Below the pieces are notes generated by a model. The model had not been told where the DNA came from and made no database searches. It saw nothing but the letters and a program-made list of their open reading frames with translations. From NCBI GenBank assembly GCA_020891255.1, contig BQFW01000013.1:558001-622000 (forward strand): a stretch of 64,000 bases of DNA, in the 5' to 3' direction. The translations under genes were made by a program, and so were the position numbers. Below are positions 33,357-48,300 of the stretch, piece by piece; position 1 is the stretch's first letter; each line of letters starts with the position of its first letter. The stretch is from Entomortierella parvispora E1425. Its lineage: Eukaryota > Fungi > Mortierellomycota.

Positions 33357-36300
33357 ATGAGCACGCCCCTGGACCAGATCAGGCTCGCGCTGGTCGAGCT
33401 CATCGACGAAATGAACGGTGACAGTCCTGAACATGTCGATTCCCAGGCTGCAGCTACCAACATCTGCAACATGGCGTTGTCCGACCTGAAGCCAGACGAA
33501 CTCGGTAAAGCAGTGGAAGAAAAGAAAAAGAGAAGGACCGATGGATAAATGAATGGAATGCATGAATGCATGCTCAACAATTGCGGGCTTGGAAAAACAG
33601 GAACATGGAACAAACGCGCTTTTCGGCTGACATTTTTTTGTTTTTTTTGTTTTTTATTGTATTGTGCGGATAGACATGGCATCATCCCTGCTGTTCAACC
33701 CTGAGAGAGGAATCCTCTATTTCTTGAAAAAGTCACTGGACAAGTCGATCCATGTTGGCGCAAAAGCTACCTTCCTGGAGTTCACAGCCGAGTTCATCAG
33801 TCGGTCACCCAACGCGATCACCCCTTGCATTGTCGATATCAAGGTAGAAAACAGGAACAACAAAGACCACGGCGATTCTATATGTGGACCTTATCTTCTC
33901 ATTCCTCATGCTCACCTTTTATGGTTCTGCTCATTTCTAGAAAACATGCCTGAGTCTGTTCCTGAACGATCAGGCGGCAAAGGTGAAAAGGTCGGCTATG
34001 CTGCCGATCAAAATCTTGCTATCATCTTGCAACAATATGATCGACCCAGAGGCTCTCGATATCGACGGATTGTTCGTCAAACTCTTTACAGCATACGCGA
34101 CCCAACAGTCCAAGATGGTGTCAACAGGTAACACGGATGTTCAACTGCTTGTTTCAAAAAGTGCAAAGGTCCCAAACAATGTCTGAACGAAACATCTTTC
34201 ACCTCTCGACTATAGTCAAAGCTGAGGTCCTCGAGGTCCTTGGGACCATTGCTAGGTTCTTTCCAAATGTGGCGCAGGAACGATATTCTCAAGTTATGAG
34301 ATGGTGTATCAGCATTGCACAGGATCAGCTAAAACCCGGCGCTAAACAGGAGTTGACGTTAATTGCAGGCGCCCTTGTTGGATTGGACAACTGTTTGTAC
34401 AACTTTTCAGAAAAGGCTGTCAAGGATGTGCCTCTTATCCTCCAGCTTGTGAAGACTCTTGTCAATGTCCCTGAGGACCTCAGCCGATTTGCTGCGCCTA
34501 TTGGTAAGGAATGATGGATTAGATTCAGACGGAGAGAGTCGATGGCTGTGAAAAGGACTTGTGGCTTACCCATGTACACCCGTCGTTTTTTTTATCTAAC
34601 TCCTTTAGCTGCGTTGAATCTGTTTACACACCACATCCATCTCTTCAGGAAAGATCTTATCGACATATATGACTGGATGTACCAACGGATAGCAGGATAT
34701 TGCGAACATTCACATAACGAAATGTCAAAGAGTGGATACAACGCTTTGGATGTGTTCCTGCAGGAGGTAAAGACCGAGTTAACGATGGAAAGAATATGAG
34801 CATAAGGGCCCGCTATGAATCAGCTTCACCCATGATCTGACCTGAATTATGTATACGCTGGATAGATTGCAGATGTGCTGACGACCTCGCCGACAACTGA
34901 GAAAGAGTACAACTGCTTCCTGGTAAGATATTGCGGATTAGAGACCACACTGGTTGTGTATTTCCACTATCAGAGATGGTTCAGCTCACCGTTTTATTTG
35001 GATTCAACAACCTCCTCCCAATAGTTTTTCACAGCCAACTTCTCACAAATCATCAGCACTGAATTTGTCAAATCAAGTGCACAATACAAGGCCATGTCGG
35101 TGGCAATTCGTGGATATGGATACTTTGCTGCACCATGCAAACAGATCGCACCGGACCAACTCAAATTCCTGCTATCACATCTTCTCAAGAAGAGCGCGTT
35201 CCTGATTTCATCGTAAGTTGTGTTTGCTCCAAGTAAGCGAGCCAAATCAAGGCAATACCTTTATTTTTTGCGGGAATTCATTCAGCCAACTTCCGATATA
35301 TCATTAGAAATACATCGGATGGAATGAACGGCTCTGTATCGCACCTGGCTGCGTTCATCACTGCGTATACCTTTGTTGCCCAAGTCTACGAAGAGATCCC
35401 TGAGCTGTTGATGGCTGCCCTGAATCAAATGTCCAAGGCAGCGATTGTCAACTTTACAAAGATGTCCACATATGCAAGAATCGACTGCACCATCGCCATT
35501 GAGAGACTCCTCATCATGCTGTTCCATAAGGGAGAAGGGGTCTTGCGAGGCTTCTTTGACAAGCTCTGTAAGTGAGGACAATGGTTTTATATATCAACTT
35601 CTGTCTTGTCTCCTCTGACCCCGTGTCCAATTCTCGTTCTGTAGCATACAAGATGCTGGTATTCACTTCAGCCGACGTTTCTAAGCCAACACCCTCGCCA
35701 TACAGCAATGACAGACCTACTGGAACCGATGATACAACATGGCACTCTTACACCGTCTACCTTTTCCTATGGCGAAATATATTCAACCCCAACCAACTCA
35801 GCAAGAACTTGGGCAGGGTTCCGATCCAGATCTCAGACGAGGACCTTGACCGGTTTCTGCCTATTCTTTACGGCTCCACTATGGAGTCGTTCAGGAGGAT
35901 CGTAACACTTTTGAACCTCTCTGTGTCGGACTCGGAAACAAACCTGGACGATGAGGACACTTTGACCCAGGCTCCAGTGACGGATCCAGACCTGTCTCTT
36001 GGTCCTGCCTCGGGAGATGTCTCTACGATGCAAGCCAACTGTGTGAAAGACTTTATCATCTTTCAAAATCTCACAGAGTTTTGGCAACTGTTCCTGCCAG
36101 AAATTCGTCCGCAACTCTTTGGACGCTGGAACTTTGTGATTGGCGAGGTGCTTATTGAGCTGTCGGCCAAGAATCCACTCGTCAGTGGATTTTACAAGAT
36201 GTTTTCGACCTGTCTGCAAGTGTGCCAGACTATTGCACTCTTTGATGAGCGGGATGGACCAGATCATGTTGTAAAGGTAAATTAGTGCTGGAGTATGTGC

Positions 36301-39300
36301 TTTCCTCTGTTCATTACATCAAGCAAAGCTTTTTTATAGTAATGGTTTTTTTTATATTGGTATTTAAATAGATCGACGATGAGATTGTTGATATCAAGCA
36401 CGCGGCTACCCTGTACAAAAAATATATCCGGGAGGTACTGGCAAGACTGGAACAATACAAGGACGATCTTTTGGCCTCATGTCTGCACTTGGTTCTTTCG
36501 AGTCCAGCCGCGCTCACAGACTCTGACAGTATCATTGCGCCCATTCAGTTGGCTTTGAAACTCGGTCTTGGATACATCCCCCTAGCCTCTGTAGGCTTGG
36601 ACGCTATAGAACGCTGGATTGAGAGGATAGACCACGATCACGATGGCTGGTTTGGCAAAGTACTCCCATGCTTGAACGAGTATCTTCTTGTGGAAGTCCC
36701 AAGCGCTGGAGATGGTGAGGGTACTAGTGGACCCACGACCAAGTCAAAACAAAGGATGATTACTAGGCAAAATCAGCAGTACAAGGCGGTGGTTAGGACC
36801 GCATCGTTGGCTGTATGTCCCCTGATACGTAAATCGCTGCCCTTGGAAGAAGAAAGGAGGAAAAGTAACTAACCCGTTTTAATCTAATGTCCAATAGGCA
36901 AATCAGGAACAACTTCAGTCTCTGAAGGAACTTCAGCTCAGGATATTGAGACTCTTGGGTCGGCAGGCACGGCACAACAAATGGATTCTCAACCAAAAGT
37001 CAGTTCTGGATGAATCTCAGAAGCGATCATCAGAGTTGTTGGCCTGGGACCCAGAAGCTAGGATTAAACTCAGGATTCCCTTCCAGGAAATGAAGACAGA
37101 GCTGCTTTTTGGTGAGTGCGCTCGAGCCTGAAGCGAACAGAAAGAAGCAACCGTTGGATTACTGAATCACATTCAATGATTAACATCTTATTTTTTTTTC
37201 TTGCTCCTTGGTAGATGAGATGCTTCCTAGAATTGTGGATCTGGCGGAAAACTCTCTCAACCGACAGATCAAGGTGGCGAGTTGCGAGCTGTTACATTCT
37301 TTGGTTATCTTCATGGTCGGATCAAACGCCTTCAGAGCTCGCGATGCCCAGGGTCCTAAAGAAGTAGGTGGTTCATCGACACACGGATGAGCAGACCTAT
37401 GTTCAAGCTGACCAACATTTCGTTTTCGTTTTATGTCTTTACCTGTAACAGAGTCCGTTTCACAAGATATATCTGAAGGTATTCCCAGCACTACTGAGAC
37501 TGGCTGTGGACGTGGATCGGGTTCCTAGATCGCTCTTCAGACCCCTGGTTGGGCAACTCATTCACTGGCTTACAAACAGTGCACAGTATGAGAACCCAGA
37601 GACAGTCGCATTATTGAATTGCTGCATGGATGCAGCCTGTGATACCCTCGGCCCTCTCAGAGACTATGGTGCCGAGTGCTTGGGAGAATTCGTAAAGTGG
37701 TCAGTGAAGCAGTCATCATCTTCGGTGAGTTTTTCATTTATAACCACGACCCCAATATCCTGCTCAAGTACAACGATGACGCAAGAACACCTTTTCTACC
37801 ATATTCTAACTCGTTTTTTTTTTTTTTTTTTTTTTGAATTCAATAGAAGGGCTCTGTGAACGTCAAATCCGTCCTGAAGCGGGTCTACAACCTTGCTTCT
37901 CATACGAGTCCTGCCAAGCGTCTGGGCGCAGCTTTGATCGTGAATCGCATCTACAGAGTGTTTCGCGAGGAGAGTACTCTGGTCAACCAGTTTACCATGG
38001 AGCTACTCTACTGGATGCTGTTCAGCTTGAAGTTTGCCGAGGCTGACCCTCCAGGACTTGGTACGCGTCAGCAAACTTGCACTGCCATCTCTCATTTGCA
38101 GAGGATCATTCAAGTCAAATCAGCCCTCTTTCTTAAGACCTCAAGCGAACGCAGACGCTTCCCTGGTGCGGATGAGGCTACATTGGATAGCTTGGTGCAA
38201 TGGTTGCTCCGGGAAACTTCAAGGTCCGAGGTGGAGTACACCAAGATGTGCAGATCCCTGTTCGATTCCTTTGTCAAACTCTTGCCTGGTACCATCAACT
38301 TCAATTGCATGATTAATTACAATGATCTATCAATCACCAAAACTAACAGCAATCCTGCCTTTCATTATAGGCACGCCTGCCCCGGGAGCATGGATTGGGA
38401 CGAATGTCAAAGAGAATCCCAGCTTTTTATCGGCCATTTATTCAGTGCCCGAGTTCTCGTCACAGCCGATTGACCGACCAATTGCTTTCCAAAAGTGGTG
38501 CGCTCAACTGGCATCCACCCTTTCCAATTACAGTTGGCTTTTGAATCATTCAGAAAGTGCTGACCGTATGGCGGTGACCCTTGTAAAGTCTTCCCCGGTA
38601 TTGAAGGCTTCCAAACAGTTTTTGGAAACATGCCTGGAATTCACGCGTGCTCTCACACGTGGCGATGCAACTTTGACAACAACACTGACGGCTCAGGAAC
38701 GTCGACAAATTATGGATCAAAACTTTATCACGGTTCGAAAGCTCATTGTTTTCGTGACAAGGGTCTCATCTCGACGTCTGGACCGTGGCGACAAGTCTTT
38801 CATGGACCATCTCCTTTCTTCCAAGATTCTGGGCTCTGCCTTCTTCGAGGTGTTTGCTGCCTGCATGTTTATGCCAGATAGCATTGGAAACGATGAGCTG
38901 TTGAAGAGCGAGAACGAGACCAAGGTCTGGAGAGATGAGCTGGAATCGGCATTGAAAGTGTTCAAGCAGCTCCCTGAGGATAGCCTGGCCGAGCTTGGAA
39001 AGATCATGATGAACACCATTTCATACAATGACCTTGTGCCACTGGCGATCTCCATGGATTCTAGAGGTAACAACCGGCGATGATGATGCTCCAGGTTGAA
39101 GGCAACAGTACTGACCCCCCTCTGAATTGTAGGTCAAGATGCCGTCAAGTGCAAAGGCGCTGTAGATGGAATTGAGATGCTTCAGCGATGTGAGATGCTG
39201 GACTGCATGTTTGATGGCTCTGCTTCACAATCCAGACGGTACATCGAGTCATTGTTTGACACTTTTATGACGTTGCAAACAACCCAAGACCCGCTTTGGA

Positions 39301-42300
39301 TAAACTACTGCAGCTCTTTGCTTCGAGTATCCTTGACAGATAGCCAATGTCAACGTCGACTATGGGCGCACTTGCTGAATGCTGAGAAAGGAGAACAGGC
39401 CAAGATGACATACTTGAAGTACACCTATGAGATCAACTGTCGGTTTGCCCTCGATTTCTCGGAGCTGTCGCCAGTCCTGAAGGACTATGCAAAGACGACA
39501 CCACTTCTTCTCTTTATCTGGAACGATTTTCTGGAGTTCCTGTTCACGCACCCTGAACTCCAGACTGAGAGGGATGCATTCCTTGAAAAGGTAAAGGTGA
39601 ACAAAAACAAAGAGGCTTTAGCTGTAGAAACCATGTTCTGCTTCAGTCCCTGATTCGAAGGTTCGCTTACAATCACAATAGCTCTCCAAGGACTACTCTC
39701 TTCTGAAGAGCATGTAAGTGCCTCTGCGTCCTAGAAAAACATGATGACAGCCTCCTTACTCAGCGCGCTAACATCCACTTCACATTCACGCCTTTTAGTG
39801 TGGACACTCTTGGATGGGAGCAGGTGTCGATGACGATATCGATCTGGAAACGGATCATCGCCCTTAGCCCTCGACTCTTGCGCATGTCAAAGTCAGAGAG
39901 CTTTGTCGACTATTTTTTTGATGTCTTCCAGACCTTCTTTGAACGTGACAGTGAGAAGAATGAGTATCTGACCATGCCTGTGATGTCGGAGGCCTTCCCG
40001 ATTCTGCCAATATTTTTGTCTTACGATGGAGCGAGGACGAAACAGGTATTGCTTCTTTTTCATGAAGGGGAAGGGGGTCAGTGACACTGCTGCATCAGTC
40101 GCTAACATTCCTTTGTAGTTTGAGGTGGTTTTTAATAGGGCCATTCTGAATGTCATGCCGACAGTGTCTTCTGAATACGAAGAAGGAGGTTCGAAGTAAG
40201 TTTCTGAAAGCCATGGATCTGTCTTTCACGGAAGACTCGTACCACCGACAAAGTCTAACCCATATGCCTTTTAGATTTAAGGACTATATTGCGGCCCTGG
40301 ATCTGCTATTGAAAGCTTTAGTGGCATCCACCAGTCCAAGTTTGTTCAAAACGTTGATGGGTATCGCCATTCGAGAATCGAACCACCCGCACATGGAACA
40401 GATACAGCGGTCCATGTCTTCATTCGCGCTGAAGCTTCCGTTGGCAAAGTTCTTGGAGGTTACCACCTATTGTTTTGAGTATGTTGCCACCATGACCCAA
40501 TGGTATCACCTACACCATTGTGATATTGTCAAACGAGATACTAACTCTTCCCCTTCTTGCTCATTAGGGAGTTTTACAAGAAGACGCATGCGGATGAACA
40601 CAGGAAAAACATTGTGCAGCAGGTGTTGCTCCCAATCTTGAGGATTGTCCCGCCGCTCAGTGTGAATCAGTTTTACACGGAGCATATCCCAAGGATCATG
40701 GGAGGCATCAAACAGGAACCACCACGTGTGTTGGATGCAGACATTCGTCGGGACTATCTTGAGCGTGGATGCTACTATGACCTCGTTCATGTTTTGTACA
40801 TGAGGCTACCATCCGACATGGTCAACTCGAAAGAGAGCAGGATCGTGGACGCGTATACTGGCGGAAAGACTGCGACTGGCAAGGAGATGACTGTGGACGT
40901 GTTCAGGACTGCCAACGCGGCTAAATTTAAACAGGACAGCGTAAGATACTTCTTTTTCTGATGCATATGCCTGCCTGATGGCGTAAAAAGGAGAAATGCA
41001 AAGAATTGCTATTCTGACAGCTTTTTCTTGGCTGGAATATATTAGACCTCTCTGACTCCCGAGACAGCTTTAGTTCGGGACGATTTCAAACGATCGGCTT
41101 ATAATGCGCTTGCGGCCGCCATCCTGTGTACTCAACGAAAGGAAGACTTTTTCCGACAATTCCTGTTCTCCGATAAAGAGGCGAAGAAGGAGTTTGTTTT
41201 CGAGAATATTGTGGATCTCACAGCACGATATGACTTTAAGCAGGTACTGTCGAAACCCTGGGTCAAAACTCGACTGTCTGATTTGCGGTCCAAGTCTTTG
41301 AACAGCAGCTCCAGCAATGTGCCACGACACCAGTACATGTCTTCTCAATATCTGCGCGACAGCAGTTTGTCACAGGTAAGAAATCAGCAGAACGATGATT
41401 GCTGAAGGATTGTCCGACTTTCTTTTTTTGTTATTAATGGATTTGACATCTCATAGAGTGTCGGTATTCTTGACGAGGGCATGTATTCGGACAATATACG
41501 GGATACAGATCTTGAGAGTAGCCAGGGGTCTGATAAGACTGGGGAAGGTCAAAAGGTTGTCGAGACGAAAACAGATCCAAGGTAATTCTCCTCAATGTTC
41601 ATGAAATCATGGACCATGGACAACCTTGAATATGTGCACTGGACGCTAAAGCGGTATGATAATTTTTACTTTTAGTCAAGAAAGTACTTTGGAATTGGAC
41701 GAGCTCAACAAGAACCCATGCATGAAAATGATCTTACTGGCCATCAAGGAACTGCACTCCAGTATCACCCCTCCACCTGCAGAGCTAGCCACAGAAGATG
41801 CAGCCATGCCATCCTGGATGAGAGATTTATATCGCAAATTCGTGAACCCAAGTAAGTCATCGATGGGTGGCTGCCTTTCTTGGCCTAGGTAAGGCTAGAT
41901 ATCTTACAATTTTTTTTCAACCCGTCTACAGGCTCTCCGCTGAACGTTCGATTGTTCCTGGCCAAGATAATTATCAACATGCCCGAGGCTTTCGAGATGT
42001 ATGCTGGATCCTGGATTCGACCTCTGATGCGCCTAGCTATGGAAGGCGAGTCCTATGGTGAACCTATGAGCTACTTCGTTCAGGATTTGTGCGTCCTCGT
42101 TGTTGTTTGGGGTGCCTCTGTCAAGCTCGCCGACAATTACGAGGATCGTGTGTTGCTTCTTAGCTTCCTGGTATGTCAGCAATCTGGAGCCTTTGTGCTT
42201 TTGTGCCCTGCCTTCATTAATAACGACCTTTTTCCCTTTTTCTGCATTTCATAGAGCTATATGATGAAACACTGCTACCACGAACAACGTCAATATCTTT

Positions 42301-45300
42301 TGAACAGTATTGAATTGATCAAGGGTGTCTTTGAGAACTGGTCAAGCATCGCCATTGTTCCAACCGTATGTTTACTTCAACGTCTATGAATGGGCTTGAT
42401 TATAACACCGAGATGCGCCGCGATTGCTTTAACACATTCCCACACCTCTATCGCCTTAGACTATCATTTACAACAACTTCAAGAACATCAAGGACGAAAA
42501 GCGAAATGTGACTGGAATTCAACTCCTTGGTATTGTCCTCACGCACGACAACCCTCCGTTCTACAGCGGACCAGAGATTGACCTTGGAACTCTTCAAGAG
42601 GAAGAATTCTACGAGACCCTGGTCCGAAATATGGGTAGCTCTCTCAAACAGCTTTACACCTCTACAGCCGAGGTCTGTGGTCTTGCTTTGGCATACATGA
42701 AGAAGCATCACTGCATGAACAATGAGTTCCAGGACATGGTCACCAAAAAGGTAGGCTTTGTACAATGTCACCTCCTGTCAGAGTTATACACAATAGATCT
42801 GACATTGTTTCTTTTTTCTTTTCCTAGCTCTCTGAACTTTTGCTTCCTCCCACGAAACCAACATCAGGCAGCAAGAATGGCACGGTTCAGTTTCTCAACA
42901 GTCTACACAAAGTGCAGCTCAACTACCCAGAGATCACCGATGCGTTCGGACCAAGATTGCTGTTCCTCTTCCCACAGTTTCTTGGAGAAGAAAGGACATT
43001 GGCCCTTGAGATTCTGGCTGGCCGTGCTGCTCATTTGCCTGACTTGCTGCAGTCTCTCCAAGGGCTCAATTTCTTGGGTTGCTTGAAGCACAAGTATGTC
43101 ACTATACCTTTGCTGGTGACCACAAATGTGGAATGTCCCGAATCCAAATGCTTACTTTGTTTTGAATTTTGAATCATAGGGATGAGGCAACCCAGTTCGC
43201 CTCCTTGTCTATTATCTACGGCCTCTGCGACTCGTTGAAGCCAGCGCAAATCAAGTATTTCTTGGACACGCTTATCCTGGAGTTTTCCAATCATTCAAGT
43301 GTGGAGTGCAGGGTAGGTTGAAAAAGATTTGATGGCCACTCTAGTCTTGACCTACAGACAGAAGAACTAAACAGGCTTCTTGTGATTTTTTTTATTTTTA
43401 GAAACTATACTACTCTATCCTGATGGTGCTCTACGATAAACAAGCTCAGCTGAAGGAAGTGGTAGACGAGTTGAGGCCTCAGTTGCTTCGTGGACTGGGT
43501 GATCCAAGCGAGTCGATTCGTCACACGGTTGTGGAGTTTTGGTATGGCAAGAACCGACTCCCCAACGATACGTTCCTTCGTCTTGGAGAAATTGTTAGGT
43601 ACAGTAGATAATTCAACTTGATGAATGACATTTTTTTGTCTCTGTATTAACGGTTGCCTCGTACCATTCATTCCTTTGGAACAGAAATATGTATGACGCC
43701 CAGGCAGAGGACAAGTTCTTGAACTACGCCACCTACATGATTCTGGATCGTACCAAGAAGAGCTCGGACTACAGCGAACCCATCTTCACGGAGCCTCTGC
43801 CCAACGCAAAGTTCAATGATCAGTTTGCCAACATTGATACCTCCTGGCGCAATACGTCGGCGATGACACCGCTGTTTGTTCAAACTCAACAGAGCCAGTC
43901 GCAGACTGCAGGGAACGACATAACCATGGCAGACGATGAACTCAAGGCAACTCAGTCGACCTTCGAGTTTAGTATGACGCTTGATGGTGGCGCACAGGGC
44001 ATTCGATCTCAGCTGGGAGGCTCTTCCACATCAAACTCGACGTTGTTGTTCAAAAACCCACCGATTCCTGAGGGCCGTTCTGGCGGTGGCACGGCTGGTC
44101 TTACTCTCGGAACGCAATTGTCCGCAGCTGGCGCAAACCAGAAATACAGGCGACTGCAGTACCGTAGCGTGAAGACGGACCAGGTGACACAATCCCAGCG
44201 ATTCAAGAAGGCATACGAGACCAAGATGCAGAACAAGATGCTCCAGGCGGTAGACAGGGAGATTGCGAGGGCCAAGAGTGTGTCCATGATTCGAAAGTAC
44301 AGAGATGGCGATCTTCCAGATATCCAAATCTCATATTCCGACATCATTCGACCTCTCCAAAGCCTTGCAGAAATGGATGTAGATATCTGCAGAATGTTGT
44401 TCAGCAAATTGGTGACCAGCCTTATGGGACAGGTTGATTCGTACAACGAGATGGTAAGTGGGAAAAAAACTAGACTTGGCGCGGGGGGGGTGAAAACTAA
44501 TCTCAACGAGCCGCAGCTGACCACAAAAAAACTACTCTTTCTTTTAGTCTGAAGATGAGGCAAATCAGTTCAAGGAAACACTCGTGGGAGACTTCAAGCA
44601 GATTCTACAGAAATCGACCATGCTCTATACCCCATTTGTTGGAAGTATTCTCCGAATTTGCCACGACTATGGTGAAGCGGACATTCCTGCGGATCTGGTT
44701 TCCAAGGTCGCGATTCGCAGTTCCAACCAGCACCTCGGCATCATTTTGATCGAAAAACAGATTCAAAACTACCAACCTAGGGAGCGATCCGCCAAGAGAC
44801 AAAAGACATCTTCCTCTGGAGCGCACGACCCGAAGAGACAGAGCTGGATTGAGCTCGCGCGCATCTACAAGTCTGTGGACGAGAAGGATGTGTTCAAGAG
44901 TATCTATGAGAGCAAGATCGCGACCACCACCTACACCAGAGAGGCGATTGAGGCGGAGGTCATTGGGGACTATGATCGAGCTGTACGCGTCTACTTTGAT
45001 GGTATCACAAGACTCTTTGAAAACGAATTCGAGATTGACGAGGCCGAGAAGAATATTTGGGCTCAAGGTCGTCTTGAATGTCTGGAGCATCTCGGAAACT
45101 GGGATACGCTGGAAGAGAATATGATTTCGGATCTGGATCACGACCCCAGGGAAGTCTGGACAGAAGAATATCTCGACCCCTATCTATACTACTATCTGAC
45201 ATCGTACATCAAACTGGTCGATGGAAGACGAGTGGACGAGATGTTGGAGCTTTGGAGTGCGGATAACCCGAATCCGTTATTCAAGTTCATTGATGATGCA

Positions 45301-48300
45301 ATGAACCATCCTGTGCATCAGAATATCCTCACCTCGCAGTATCAGCCAGGTAAACTACTTTGTGCTGCTTTCTTCTTGCGTGTTTTAAACACCCTCACTA
45401 ATGATAACTCTTACTTACATTCCATAGAACTGGCCATGGCTGCCGTCATCCGTCAGGATTTCAAACAGGCGTCACACTACGTAAAGAAATCGTTCGATCG
45501 CTTCCTGTCTGTCTGGTCTAACCTTCATCCTCTCTCTGAGAAGCCGCGTCTTCATGAGCTATCTGGACTGCAAAGGGTAAAGTCATTGTGGTCATATTCA
45601 GTTTTGCGCTCTCTTGATATTTTTTTGTGTCATTTACTAACCCTTCGCTTGTTCTGTTTCTAAAGGTGGTCGAAATGGAAGAGTTCTTGGAAGGAATCGA
45701 TGTGGCTCTGCGTGGTTCTGCTCAAGACCCTTTGATTCCCCTGCTTGCGAAATGGGAAAATAGGTTCCCAGGAAAAACTACCGACACAATGATCACCTGG
45801 AACAACGTCTTGGACGACCGCAACGCCATGATCACCCGTTTGGAGGGACAAATTAATGTAAGTTCTGGCCGCATTCTATCAACCTGCCCATGGAAGGAAT
45901 GAGCGCAACTTGACTGAGATGTTTTTCCAATTGGTAGTTCTCGAGAGCGCAGGAACGTGAAGTGACCAGACATTGTATCAACAACTACAAACACATGGGC
46001 TCTGCTGCGCGTGAGCAAGGCAACCACTCTGTTGCAGAGATTTGTATTGTCAGGATGAGAGAGCTGCAGGCTCCGGCGTTCGATATCTACCAAAGTCAAA
46101 TCAAGCTGGCCTTGGAGAAGGCAAACATCGAAATGGATGGTGTCCGAAAAGCAGAGGCTTTGGTAGATGCCCTCTCGACCTACGAGGAAGCGAAGGTACA
46201 TTTCGATTCTTGGGATTTTTTTTATTTTTTTTTTTTTTTTTTGCCACCCACGAAAACAGAGTGAATCTAACAAAAATTCTATGCTTGATTATCGAACGTA
46301 GGTCAATATCCGTAGCCCAAGCTCTTCTGAATCTGCAGATCTGAGCCTTCTGGGCAGCAAAGCCTATGGACTTTTGCGGGATCTTGTCGTCGAAAACCCA
46401 GCTGCTTTGGAGAGTGTTCGGAACAACGAGGACAGTCGAAAGTTCCTTGCATCGAGATCTGGTGATGATGGCGAGACCAACATCTCTCTTAAACTTCAGA
46501 GACACGGATTCCAATGCCTTCGTTCTGTGATCGGCGAGAATGTAAGTTTTTTTCTTGTTTTTTTCTTTTTTTTTTTGAAAATTGGATCGCTGTTGCTAAT
46601 GATATTTGCTGATATTCTTCAACCTCTCTCAGATGTCAAAGAAACTGCGACTGACTACTGCCAAATACTGCGACAACATCTTAAGGCACCATGACAAAGA
46701 CGATAAAGGACCGCTGGCTCTGGTAAGAAACTCGCTCATCCGCCATCTTTCAATGCACAAAGGGCATCACCTAACTTGTTGATTTTTCCCTTCTGTTTTG
46801 GTACTAGAGCGCCAAAGATGAGGGCATTTACTCAAAGATGGTGGTGAAACATACACTGCTTACAATGCGCGAAGACGATGGCGGTGCTTCTGAACTCTTC
46901 CCTCGTCTGCTCCAAATCATTGAGAAGCCTGGCGAGAGTCGAAGGCTATTCTTGGAACTGGTATGCTTGGATGAACAATACCACATCGATGTCTCATTGC
47001 ATTATTAGACTAGACGGACTGGACGAAATTGTCTTGTTCGATCGCTATACTAGTTCTAAAACGCGCTTATCCTCCTACTCCTATAGGTTTCTGATTTCCC
47101 AAGATGTTGGACATTTGTGCGCTGGATTCCTCAGATGGTGGCCGTCCTTGATAAGTCAATCGGCACCTGTGTGATGCCCATTTTGTTGGCTGTATGCTTT
47201 CCTTCCTAAATGGACCTCACTTTCAGGCGATCGTTGCTTCTGGCCTCTATCTAACTTGCCAACCAAATTTCTCACTTCTCTAGATCGCGAAGCAATACCC
47301 CAACGCACTGTACTATCCTCTGACTATCAGCTCTGAGAACTATGTGTTCGAGAACAGTGCCTCAGGAGAAAAACTTCGAAGCAATGTCCAGATGCTCAAA
47401 AAGTTGGTCCACTCCCCCTTGAAAGAGGACTTTATCTTGGAGCTTCGGCGTCTTACCAACCCGGAGCACATTATGAAAGATTTTGCGGAGCAACTGAGGG
47501 TAAATGTTGCCCTCTTCCCGACCATGGAATCAATGAAGGGAATATTCTATGAATCTGACACTCTCTTTTACATTACGACTCGTTCGCTATAGTCACTGGT
47601 GACGAGCAAAGTCAAGGACACAGAGAAGATCATGGCTTTGTATCAGGACGTTCGCCGACTTCTTTTGGACCCGAACAACCCCAGGTTGGGAACAGTCGGC
47701 AAGGCGATTGCATCCAAATTCGGGCCAAAGCTAGACAGCCTGTGTGGTAAGTAACTGAAAGTTGTGGCATTCACTTTTTTTTCTTAGGTGGAGTCATGGC
47801 AAAGACATTACTCTGACCTCTTTTTCTGATGTAGGCTCTACTGGAAAAACGCTTGCTTCGGCTGCCACCAAAGACTTGCACGTAATTATTAAGATGTGCC
47901 ATAACGATATTCAACAGTGGGCTGGTTCCCGAAAACCTTCAGATGGTGGCCTCCTGAAAGCCTACAGTCCATGGTAAGGATAAAACATTCCATTGGAATT
48001 TCTATTATACAGCCATTCAGCACAAGAGACTTATGAAACACACCGCTTTTTTTGATATGTATACGTAGGTTGAGCTCCTTCCAGTCATCGGATCATGAGG
48101 GAACCATCGATATTCCAGGCCAATACAATGGACGAAACCCTCCGCAGCAAATTTCGACTATTGTGAGATTCGACCAGAGGATTTTGACCATGAGTTCTAT
48201 TCGCAAACCAAAGAGAATTTGCATCCTCGGAAGCGACGAAAAAGAATACATGTTCTTGGTCAAGGTAAGGACATTGTTTTATGTATAAGATGGCGGCTCC

